IMG/VR virus record: IMGVR_UViG_3300011113_000784
Span: 32,001 to 96,000 of that record
Strand: one strand, 5' to 3'
Origin: a virus
DNA: 64,000 nt
The notes beneath the pieces are model-generated. The model did no database searches. It saw only the letters and a program-made list of their open reading frames with translations, and had not been told where the DNA came from. Both the position numbers and the translations under genes were made by a program. Position 1 is the first letter of the stretch, and every line of letters begins with the position of its first letter. Below are positions 48,251-56,494 of this stretch, piece by piece.

Positions 48251-48435
48251 TTCTTATTCTTTTCTGGAATTAATTCTTCTCTTGCAATTACATAATTTTT
48301 GTCTGCATCAATTCCAATCTTGACTCTTCCTGATTTGCCATAACCTTGAATTCCACAAATAGTTAAGGCAATTTCCTTGCCTTCTGGGGTTGTGATATAA
48401 ACCTTTTCATAAAGTTTGCGAGTAAGTACTAACAT
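48199..48435 (-). CDS. csrA: carbon storage regulator CsrA-like RNA-binding protein
   Basis: MLVLTRK..E...I......I.....I......V+IGIDA.....I.REEL; AGGAG SD. Confidence 0.85.
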   Translation of the reverse strand: MLVLTRKLYEKVYITTPEGKEIALTICGIQGYGKSGRVKIGIDADKNYVIAREELIPEKNKNHSEEDDDILFNKASNS

Positions 48436-48535
48436 GTGCCTCTCCTTGGTTTTGTGTCTTTTTAAACACTTTCCAAATTAATTGAGTATGTGCGACTCAT
48501 TTAAATACGATTCTTTTAAAATTTGAGGGACCGTC

Positions 48536-48976
48536 ATGCGTAGCAATAAGAAAGTTCCTGTCTTTGTTTATGGCACTCTTAAGAAGGGCGAAAGAGCGCA
48601 TGATAAAATGCAAGGCTCTAAACTGATTGCAACCGCAGAATTACAACCAGAATACAAATTATTGAATTGTGGACGATATCCAGCCTTAGTTAAGGCAAAG
48701 AATGGTACAAATTATGTCCCCGGTGAAATTTATGAAGTCACAAAAGATGTGTTAAAAAATCTTCATGAATATGAAGGCGTAAGCAGTGGTTTATTTTATT
48801 TTGATTTTCTTGCCTTAGATAATTTCGAAATTGTAAATGAACCACAAAGCAATCTTACACACAAGATGCTTAATCGTGGATTGGTGTTTGGTTATTTGTT
48901 TGGCAATCAAAGAATTAATTTGCCAGAAATCACTCACTGGTCGATTGATTCTCTCTGTTATGCAGCCATTCCGTAA
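48536..48976 (+). CDS. gamma-glutamylcyclotransferase (AIG2-like)
   Basis: VFVYGTLK.G, YP.L, V.GE.Y.V, L...EG. Confidence 0.88.
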   Translation: MRSNKKVPVFVYGTLKKGERAHDKMQGSKLIATAELQPEYKLLNCGRYPALVKAKNGTNYVPGEIYEVTKDVLKNLHEYEGVSSGLFYFDFLALDNFEIVNEPQSNLTHKMLNRGLVFGYLFGNQRINLPEITHWSIDSLCYAAIP

Positions 48977-49928
48977 ATGTTGGCAAATTTTGTTCTTTTA
49001 GCATACCTTTGCGCCATGTGCCGCCATGTTGTTTGTACCACTTACTAGCCCAAGCATTCGCATAAGCAGAGTTTCCAGTTACGCATGGTTGATCATTAAT
49101 TTGTGTAATCCATGTACTTAATGGAGTCTGAGGACACCAAACCATCTCGTTACCAGATGGGTGTACTTCAAAATTAGTCAATAATGGTAAGCCTTCACCA
49201 ACAAACAATTTGGTATAGGACTCAAATCCCATTGTTTTTTCTAGCATTAAATTGCCATCTTGCTCAATTATCCATTTGTGATCGAGGGTAGATGTAGCAA
49301 AGTAATGACCATCGCTATATATCTCGTAAACAGGAGCGTTTTCATGGACATGAATTTTTTCTATTTTGACAAATTTTCTTACTCTTTCTTGCACATCGAA
49401 TGCCGCAATCTCATCACCTTCTTTTAATTCATTGTAATATTTCCAGCCATCTTTTGTTAAAGCTGGATATGAAATGGGTAAGCAAGGATAAACATCAAAT
49501 TTTTGTTTAGCTGCTGCTTTTGCCCTTGCCCATAGTGATGGGTTATTTGGCTTGTTTTTAGATGCCTCGTTTAATTCAATCATCTCTTGTTCTGTCATAA
49601 AGTCCTCCTTGAGATTTTCGTGACTAACCCAAACAGGCTTTCTGCCTTTGTGGTGGGTTTTCTTTTTCTCTGCTCTTCTTTTTTGTTCTGTAGCTTTTTT
49701 CTTAAGTTCAGGACTCATGGCAGCGGCTTTGGCAGCAGGACGACATTTGGGATAAGATTTCTTTTGATCCTTTTTCCGTTTGCCTTTTTTTGCAGAAGCG
49801 CCGCATTCAGGATGTTTGCCAGACTTGTCTTTGCGGGAAATATCTACCCACTTTTCAGCAAACCATTTGCCTAATCCAGAATCGCTATATGTTTCATTAA
49901 TATCCATAAAACTATATATTTTTCTCAA
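48930..49928 (-). CDS. DUF5872-like probable virion protein containing a mini-intein
   Basis: GL.KWF.EKWVD...CG...YPKCRP; KP.NP.LW...K......VYP|SAYAN.W..K.YK..GG.W rejoins once the insert is removed. Confidence 0.75.
   Translation of the reverse strand: MRKIYSFMDINETYSDSGLGKWFAEKWVDISRKDKSGKHPECGASAKKGKRKKDQKKSYPKCRPAAKAAAMSPELKKKATEQKRRAEKKKTHHKGRKPVWVSHENLKEDFMTEQEMIELNEASKNKPNNPSLWARAKAAAKQKFDVYPCLPISYPALTKDGWKYYNELKEGDEIAAFDVQERVRKFVKIEKIHVHENAPVYEIYSDGHYFATSTLDHKWIIEQDGNLMLEKTMGFESYTKLFVGEGLPLLTNFEVHPSGNEMVWCPQTPLSTWITQINDQPCVTGNSAYANAWASKWYKQHGGTWRKGMLKEQNLPTFTEWLHNRENQSTSE
49071..49484 (-). mobile_element. 138-aa mini-intein (no homing endonuclease)
   Basis: starts CL, block B T.DH.W, block F VWCP, ends TGN before extein Ser. 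Confidence 0.88.
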
Positions 49929-49934
49929 TGAAAA

Positions 49935-49942
49935 TATTTATA
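49935..49942 (-). promoter_or_regulatory. T4-like late promoter
   Basis: exact TATAAATA 6 nt upstream of the start codon at 49928. Confidence 0.55.
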
Positions 49943-49960
49943 AAATTAATATATATTATT

Positions 49961-50086
49961 GGATTCGTGTAGTGGTGGGCGTTTTTGCTGTTTCCTGCTC
50001 CGGTACACGATTAAGGATTGTCCTGAAGATTAACAGCGTCAAGGCATCCCCTTTAAACCGTAGTGCAAACTACGGTTTTATTTTTA
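49961..50086 (+). ncRNA. candidate structured small RNA
   Basis: GC-rich intergenic island; TCGTGTA/TACACGA stem, GCTGTT/AACAGC potential pseudoknot, ends in a terminator. Confidence 0.35.
50055..50086 (+). terminator. Rho-independent terminator
   Basis: AAACCGTAGT-GCAA-ACTACGGTTT followed by a T-rich tail. Confidence 0.8.
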
Positions 50087-50250
50087 TTCAAAAAATGAAT
50101 CATACCAAACATCAGATGATATCAAATTGTTCTCCCAATTCAAAGACCAAACTTCTTTGCAAAACATGCTAACACGCCAAAAACTACTAAATTCACGACT
50201 CAAATCAAAACAATTGCTTTTTCTCATTTGGTCAAAACCTTTCAATATTT

Positions 50251-51876
50251 TTAAGGTTTTATCATTTCTACAAACAAACTAATTTCTGGCAACATATCAA
50301 ATGTTTCTCTGACAATTTGATCATGTCCTTGTCCAAAATGTCTTTTTTCTACAATAAATCCAACTTTTTCTCCAATGGTTTTTAACCCTTGATAATCATA
50401 AGCAATCTTATGTCCTTCAAATAACAATGACCAAAGTTTTCCACTCTCAAACTCATTATTAGCACAATTGTCATTAATCTCATCAAACATGCTTAATTCT
50501 TTTGCTTGATAATAAGAGATTAATTTAGCTGCATCAGGCACAGCAATACGCAATACAGCACCTTTTTTCATACACCGATAACATTCACTAAGGAAATTAA
50601 TTCCCTCTTGAACAGTCAAATGTTCAATCATGTGACTACTATAAGCCAAATCAATTACTTCATTATTGAATGGCAAAGGATTTTTTGCATCAATTGGCAT
50701 AAACTTGTAACGATGCCTTGATGCAAATTCTTGCATATTAATAACATCGGTATTAATCCATCCATGATAAAACATGTTGATGAAACTGCCAAAATTGACT
50801 TTGATCTTGTTGTCCCCAAATGGGATGTGTAAAGCTACATTCCCTCTTTCCAATTCTTCTTTATCAACAACTTGTTGAGTTGCTGGCATTCTTTCTAGCC
50901 ACCACTCTTTAGTTCTCAGTGTGCAATGCGTTTTATCAAATCCATCATCGTTTTCACCAAAGTCAATGCCATGAATGCCTCGCTTAGATACACGATCAAG
51001 CTCTGCCAACACTGCTGGCAAATGTTCTTCTGGAATGTGTTCAAAGACAGCAGTAGAGAATGCTAAGTCAAACTCTTTATCATGGAAGCTCCAAGGAGTT
51101 TGACAAATGTCCCATTCAATTACATCGTTTGTAACTCTGGTTAATTGGCAGTGATGACTTATTTCCAAACCCTTGGCTTTTATGCCTGCATCATTGAAAC
51201 GCTTGGTCATATAACCCCTAGCGGCACCAATCTCAAGGATCGATGTAGGGTTATGTTCCATAATTTTATCGAAAGTCAACCAATGGACGGGATAATCCCA
51301 ATAACCTTCATAAGCGTAACCGCCTACTTTGCCACCGCCATTAAAATAATGCTTGTCAAATAACTTTTTACGATCTTCTTTTTCTGGTTTTGTCACTTCG
51401 ATTATCATGTCTGTCCCCAATGCTCCATGTGGTAAAATTATTACATTTTCAAATCCTGCTTCACGCATCAATTTAATTGCGTAAACAGGACAAAGGCTAT
51501 TTCTGTGAGTGTTTTCATCATAATTTTGATCACCAAATATGATGGATGAACTATCATCATTCCATTCTTCTTGATTCAAAACCCATTCCATTTGTCTTTT
51601 TGTGTTAGCAGTTACAAATACTGCTTTGCCATTTTCACGAAGTATTCTGAACACTTCTGAAATGAATAGTTTTACTTTGCGCCATGAAAGATGTTCAATA
51701 CAATAACAACTAAAAACGCCGTCATATGTGGCGTTAGTGAGTGGCAGAGGTTTGTTAAAATCTGCAACAATATCTACAGTAGGACCAGAACGAACATCAA
51801 CATTGGGTCGAAAATAAGGATTATCTCCACCACCTAGTTCAATAACATTTTTTGTAAATGGAAAAGTATAACTCAT
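50251..51876 (-). CDS. protein with three tandem class I SAM methyltransferase domains
   Basis: three motif-I/EH sets: ELGGG..EHL, EIGAARG..EHI, NFGS..EHL; ATGA-coupled start. Confidence 0.85.
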   Translation of the reverse strand: MSYTFPFTKNVIELGGGDNPYFRPNVDVRSGPTVDIVADFNKPLPLTNATYDGVFSCYCIEHLSWRKVKLFISEVFRILRENGKAVFVTANTKRQMEWVLNQEEWNDDSSSIIFGDQNYDENTHRNSLCPVYAIKLMREAGFENVIILPHGALGTDMIIEVTKPEKEDRKKLFDKHYFNGGGKVGGYAYEGYWDYPVHWLTFDKIMEHNPTSILEIGAARGYMTKRFNDAGIKAKGLEISHHCQLTRVTNDVIEWDICQTPWSFHDKEFDLAFSTAVFEHIPEEHLPAVLAELDRVSKRGIHGIDFGENDDGFDKTHCTLRTKEWWLERMPATQQVVDKEELERGNVALHIPFGDNKIKVNFGSFINMFYHGWINTDVINMQEFASRHRYKFMPIDAKNPLPFNNEVIDLAYSSHMIEHLTVQEGINFLSECYRCMKKGAVLRIAVPDAAKLISYYQAKELSMFDEINDNCANNEFESGKLWSLLFEGHKIAYDYQGLKTIGEKVGFIVEKRHFGQGHDQIVRETFDMLPEISLFVEMIKP

Positions 51877-52880
51877 GACTCTAACATTCCTCTCCAAGTT
51901 TGCACATATGATTCTCTTATATTCTTCCAATTATAAGTTTGGGTATGTCTAATTAGTTCTTCTCTAAAATCCCATGTATTGGTCTTATACCAATCAATAG
52001 CTTTTGCAATACAATCTGGATCTTTCTTCATTACAAGCTTGCAATTATTGTCTAAACAATCAGCAGCGCCTACACCATAAGACGCAATGACTGGTCTGCC
52101 AAATGTCATTGCTTCAAGAATCTCAATACCAAAACCCTCTGTAACACTTGGCTGAACATAAACAGTAATAGATTTGAAGAAATCATCTAAATTTTTCACA
52201 TAACCAAGTATGTTGTAATTTGCTTTACCACCAAATTGGCGAATCATGTTTATAAGATATGGAGATTGCGCTCCCGCAAATGTCAAAACAGCATCTTTGT
52301 AGTTTAATTTTGCCCAAGCTTCAATTAGATACTTTATTCCCTTATCAGGTCCGATTTGACCTAAGTATCCAACTGAAAAGGTTTTAGGATAAGAATAGTT
52401 AAAACCCTGATAACACCCATGTGGAATAATGGTTGTGTTTTTACAACCAAATTCTTGCATTATTTTGCTGCTATGTCTACTTGGACAAATCACAAGATCC
52501 GCATTTAGATAGCTAGATATATATTGATTCCATAGTGCAGGTTCAGTAATATGTGGAAAATCATAAGGAATACCAAGAATTTTAAATTCTTCTTGGCTTT
52601 CTTTGATGTCGTGTGCTGCTGCCGTGTAAGAAATCTTTACGCCTTTTTCTTTCAACTTTTTGGTTAGTTGAGGAAATGTTCCAGCATAAAAATGTGCCAA
52701 TTTATATTTTTCTAAATCTGGAATATCAATTCCAACTTCTGCTTGAAATGGATCTTGCGTAGGTTGAGGATTGATAATATCAACCGGACCTAATTTGTTT
52801 AATGCTTCTAATTCGTTTTTGGTGACTGTTCCACCACCAGTTCCATTTCCAATTCTGTCACAAGTTATGTAAAGAAACAT
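51873..52880 (-). CDS. GT4-family glycosyltransferase
   Basis: GQI.PDKG, V.PS..EGFGI..LEAM..G.PVI. Confidence 0.9.
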   Translation of the reverse strand: MFLYITCDRIGNGTGGGTVTKNELEALNKLGPVDIINPQPTQDPFQAEVGIDIPDLEKYKLAHFYAGTFPQLTKKLKEKGVKISYTAAAHDIKESQEEFKILGIPYDFPHITEPALWNQYISSYLNADLVICPSRHSSKIMQEFGCKNTTIIPHGCYQGFNYSYPKTFSVGYLGQIGPDKGIKYLIEAWAKLNYKDAVLTFAGAQSPYLINMIRQFGGKANYNILGYVKNLDDFFKSITVYVQPSVTEGFGIEILEAMTFGRPVIASYGVGAADCLDNNCKLVMKKDPDCIAKAIDWYKTNTWDFREELIRHTQTYNWKNIRESYVQTWRGMLES

Positions 52881-52937
52881 TTGTTTTCCTTTAAGTAAAT
52901 TCTGCTTAACTAGTTGTGTCTCTTAGTAAAGCTGATT

Positions 52938-53996
52938 TTACCAGCCACCTGTATCAATTGCCTCGTAGCACAGAGATTCGTATCGGTCCACCATGTTCTC
53001 GTATGAAAACTGTCTTGCCCATTCGATACAGTTTTCTGGCTTAATTGTGCTAACCGCATCTGCCCTTATTAGATTCTCCATCTCTTCTTGAGTCCTAACT
53101 AAGAACCCAGTTTCTCCATGTTTAACTGTTTCACGCATGGCACCATTATCCCATGCAATTACAGGCATTCCGCATAGTTGTGATTCTACAGGAGCAAGAC
53201 CAAATGGTTCCCTATAATGCAAGTTAGGATGCAATAAGGCTTTATTTGAATTAAACCATTCTACACATTCACTCCTAGTTTGATGTCCAATATATCTCAA
53301 ATGAGGAGAAATGACACATGCGTCTTTTATTCTTCTGAGAAGATCTGGTTCGCCAGTAATTCTATCATCGCCAACTAGATCAAGACTGACGCTGCAATTA
53401 TTGGCTACATTAACTGCAATGTGCGGTCCTTTGATTGTACTAATTCTTGCCAAGAACAAATATCTATTGTTTCTTGGTTTGTTGCTTCTAGAATAGAAAT
53501 TGACATCCACGCCATTGTAAGCAGTTCTTGAACTACATTTGAGATGTGTTGTGCATACTTCAGCTTGATCATGAGAAATACAAATTAAACATGGGAATGG
53601 TACAGGAGGAGCAGTGTGGTACATTGTTTCCACAGGAGCATGTAAGACACCCAAAACAGGTTGAGGAAGGTTACCTTCCATTTTCAGTATGTAAGACCAT
53701 TTTTCCCAACTATGATCAATAATTACATCAAATTGATTAAGTTTTTGCCAATAGCCACTATAAGCTTGTCTTTCAGATTCACCCAAAGTTGTTTCATGTA
53801 ACTTAGCATTAGTTTTTGATCCTCTTGGAGCAATAAGAGTTACATCATGACCTTTATTGTGCAGTCCTTCGGCACATTGCCAAGAGATCATTTCTAAACC
53901 GGCATAGCCATTTGGAGGACAAGGTAGAACTGTAGTAGAAATAACACAAATTTTAAGCTTATTTGTGTTCGTAGAAGGTAAGTGTGTCATTTTCAT
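52938..53996 (-). CDS. GT4-family glycosyltransferase
   Basis: PP.GY.G.E, GHDVTL, RI...KG, EPFGL..VE...CG.PVI. Confidence 0.9.
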   Translation of the reverse strand: MKMTHLPSTNTNKLKICVISTTVLPCPPNGYAGLEMISWQCAEGLHNKGHDVTLIAPRGSKTNAKLHETTLGESERQAYSGYWQKLNQFDVIIDHSWEKWSYILKMEGNLPQPVLGVLHAPVETMYHTAPPVPFPCLICISHDQAEVCTTHLKCSSRTAYNGVDVNFYSRSNKPRNNRYLFLARISTIKGPHIAVNVANNCSVSLDLVGDDRITGEPDLLRRIKDACVISPHLRYIGHQTRSECVEWFNSNKALLHPNLHYREPFGLAPVESQLCGMPVIAWDNGAMRETVKHGETGFLVRTQEEMENLIRADAVSTIKPENCIEWARQFSYENMVDRYESLCYEAIDTGGW

Positions 53997-54664
53997 GGTT
54001 TAATTTCCAAAGGCTTGTATCCTTCTAAAGAAGAACTTGCATAGCCAATATGGCTACATTGTATGCTTGTATCGACATGAATTTTAAATCCATGATTTCG
54101 TGCATGTTTGCAGAATGTGAAGTCTTCACTTGTTTTTTCTAGGTGAGGAAGATCAGTACGGTCGCATCGCCATTCAAACCAATGACAACGATTGCTTAAT
54201 GGAGGCAATGTTTTAAGAACATCTCTGTGTATCAGAAGACATCCAGAACCAACAAAATCTACTTCAATCAAGCTGTTTGCTGGGTATTCTGTGATCCATT
54301 GTGGTCCATTTGGACTGTCTTTTAACATTACAGGAGCTAAAGGAGGATATCTTCTGTAATAAACACCGCTAACAATTGGTTTATTATGGTTTATTAATCT
54401 AACTACAGTGTCTGGAGGGGCAATAACATCGTCATCAAGGAAGAATAACCATTCCCAACCTAATTCAATTGTTTTTAAACATCCTGTATTTCGTGCCATG
54501 TCGAATGGCATTCCGCTCAATGCTGTCCAAGCACCATTGGGCAAATACATATTCCTTAGTCCAAATGCCCAAGCTGTTGTTACTGTTTCTCTAGTTAAAA
54601 CACATCCAAGAACTCTATTTTGATTAACTGGTTGTGCGTTTATTTGTTCCCATGATCCCGGCAT
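53993..54664 (-). CDS. GT-A (GT2-like) glycosyltransferase
   Basis: ARN, FFLDDD, G.GCLLI.R, SED..FC, D.SI.C.H. Confidence 0.85.
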   Translation of the reverse strand: MPGSWEQINAQPVNQNRVLGCVLTRETVTTAWAFGLRNMYLPNGAWTALSGMPFDMARNTGCLKTIELGWEWLFFLDDDVIAPPDTVVRLINHNKPIVSGVYYRRYPPLAPVMLKDSPNGPQWITEYPANSLIEVDFVGSGCLLIHRDVLKTLPPLSNRCHWFEWRCDRTDLPHLEKTSEDFTFCKHARNHGFKIHVDTSIQCSHIGYASSSLEGYKPLEIKP

Positions 54665-54738
54665 TTTTATTACCTGATAAGATTATAATTTAACATAGAA
54701 CAAATTAATAAATTCTATATTAGGTTAAGGAGAAAATC

Positions 54739-55908
54739 ATGAGCGAACTTGTGCCAATCAATGAAAGAGTTAATAAAGCAATTGATTTAGTTAAGGAAAT
54801 GGAAGATGCTTTTCTTGAGATTCAGCAACCAAGAACTGCTTATGTCTTGGAAAAATTTGTCGTAGGACAACATGATCATGTCACACAAAGCTACGCACAG
54901 TGTGTATTGGAGCTTCAAGTAAAATATGATAATTTGAGGAGAGCAAAACTCAATAGAAGAAAACTTGAAATTAAGATTAAAGAATATGAAGACAAGGCAA
55001 CAGAATTGGATTTAATTGAGGCTGATCTTGTCCGTATTGACTTGGAAGAACAAGATCGTGCTGTTTTAGGTGCTTTGAGAGAGTTTGAAGCTCTTTATAA
55101 ACTTTGGAAGAATTTTCCTAAGAAATATACAAGGGCAGAGCTTGATGCTGCACAACCAGATTACTGGAAGGCAAGGCTTGAAAGACAAGCACAACAAGAC
55201 CTCCAAGCTACTGGAAGAATCGGTGTTGGCAATAATGAAGCATTGCGTCAGATTGGTTTAACTGGAACACCACAACTTGATCATATTAGAGAAGTTGAGA
55301 AGAAATATCTTGAAGTAGGAGATATCAAGGTTTTAGTTTGCGTACCGACTAGGGAAAAAGCTGAAAAGCTGCCTGTTCTTGAAAACTTGACAATTCCATC
55401 TGGTGTTCAAGTAAAGTTCTTGAATGTTTTCGGAAGGACTACTGCCGATGCCTACAACGAAGCTATTCAAACAGCTTTGAATGATGGGGCTGATTTTTTC
55501 CTCACTGTTGAAGATGATACTTTCCCACCAGATGATGCATTCTTTAAGATTTTGAAGCGTTATCGTGAATTAGGAGAACCTAAAGCTGTTATTGGTGGCT
55601 ACTACATTAAAAAATCACCTACTAGAGAAGGTGTTCACATTACTGTTGCAAATGGTAAGCGTCAAGCTCTTACACTTAGTCAGCAAGATCGTGGACTTTA
55701 TGAAGTTTATACTATCGCTCAGGGGTTTACTTTGTTCCCAATTCAATGCTTTTTGCAGACTGAATACCCTTGGACTGTAACTACTTCACATTTGACACAA
55801 GATAGTTTCTTGTCGCAAAAGCTTAGAGACAAGGGATTTAAGTTGTTTGTTGATGGCGATATTCGTTGTCGTCATTTGGATGTAACTACTGGCGAATATT
55901 ATGAATAA
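54739..55908 (+). CDS. coiled-coil domain fused to a GT-A glycosyltransferase-like domain
   Basis: N-terminal helical part (YW..RL..QA), then AYN...VEDD..PP...GFTL...QD..L...D..I.C.H. Confidence 0.7.
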   Translation: MSELVPINERVNKAIDLVKEMEDAFLEIQQPRTAYVLEKFVVGQHDHVTQSYAQCVLELQVKYDNLRRAKLNRRKLEIKIKEYEDKATELDLIEADLVRIDLEEQDRAVLGALREFEALYKLWKNFPKKYTRAELDAAQPDYWKARLERQAQQDLQATGRIGVGNNEALRQIGLTGTPQLDHIREVEKKYLEVGDIKVLVCVPTREKAEKLPVLENLTIPSGVQVKFLNVFGRTTADAYNEAIQTALNDGADFFLTVEDDTFPPDDAFFKILKRYRELGEPKAVIGGYYIKKSPTREGVHITVANGKRQALTLSQQDRGLYEVYTIAQGFTLFPIQCFLQTEYPWTVTTSHLTQDSFLSQKLRDKGFKLFVDGDIRCRHLDVTTGEYYE

Positions 55909-56494
55909 TAAAATTAACTGTGAATTAGTTTTTCCAACCACAATATTCTTCTGTGATCTTCATGATAGTTATCGTGAAGATCTGATTGATTACACAAGAT
56001 ATTGTCAAGCTGTTGATCCAATTGGTGTGGAAAAAACCAATATGGGTGGCGGTTGGCAAAGTAAGGACAATTGGCTTGATAATCCATCGTGCAAACTTTT
56101 AAAGGATGACTTAGAAAATGTGGTAAATAATATTTGTGAATCACTAAAAATAAAAGAAAAATTAAAGATTTATAATTCTTGGGTGAATGTAAATCCTACT
56201 GGTGGATATAATGTTGCCCATATGCATCCAAGGAATTTATTTTCTGGGTGTTATTATTTACAAACTCCTAAAGATTGTGGAAATATAATTTTTTATTCTC
56301 CTTTACATGCTAAGGAAATGATTGATGCTAGTTATAATGAAATGAGTATTATTACTGCAAATCATTTAATTTATCCAGCTATTGCTGGTCGTGTTTATTT
56401 GTTTCCATCTTGGTTGCAGCATAGTGTTCAAACCAATCTATCTTCTGAAGATAGAATTAGCATGAGTTTTAATGTGTTTTTTGAAAATTTTTAA
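55901..56494 (+). CDS. 2OG-Fe(II) oxygenase (TIGR02466-like)
   Basis: FPT, +N.GGWQS, W.N.N..G.YN..H.HP...SG.YY, FPSWL.H.V, RIS.SFN. Confidence 0.88.
   Translation: MNNKINCELVFPTTIFFCDLHDSYREDLIDYTRYCQAVDPIGVEKTNMGGGWQSKDNWLDNPSCKLLKDDLENVVNNICESLKIKEKLKIYNSWVNVNPTGGYNVAHMHPRNLFSGCYYLQTPKDCGNIIFYSPLHAKEMIDASYNEMSIITANHLIYPAIAGRVYLFPSWLQHSVQTNLSSEDRISMSFNVFFENF

Noticed and set aside
49970-50052. tmRNA or tRNA-like ends on the - strand (GGGGATG...CCCACCA)
   Set aside because: The acceptor stem does not pair, there is no T arm, and it is far too short.
50012-50060. Hammerhead ribozyme (CTGAAGA present)
   Set aside because: No GAAA core follows a stem II, and there is no consistent three-way junction.
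49780-50172. 130-aa + strand ORF
   Set aside because: It overlaps the intein-containing gene in antisense, crosses a terminator, and has no recognisable motif.
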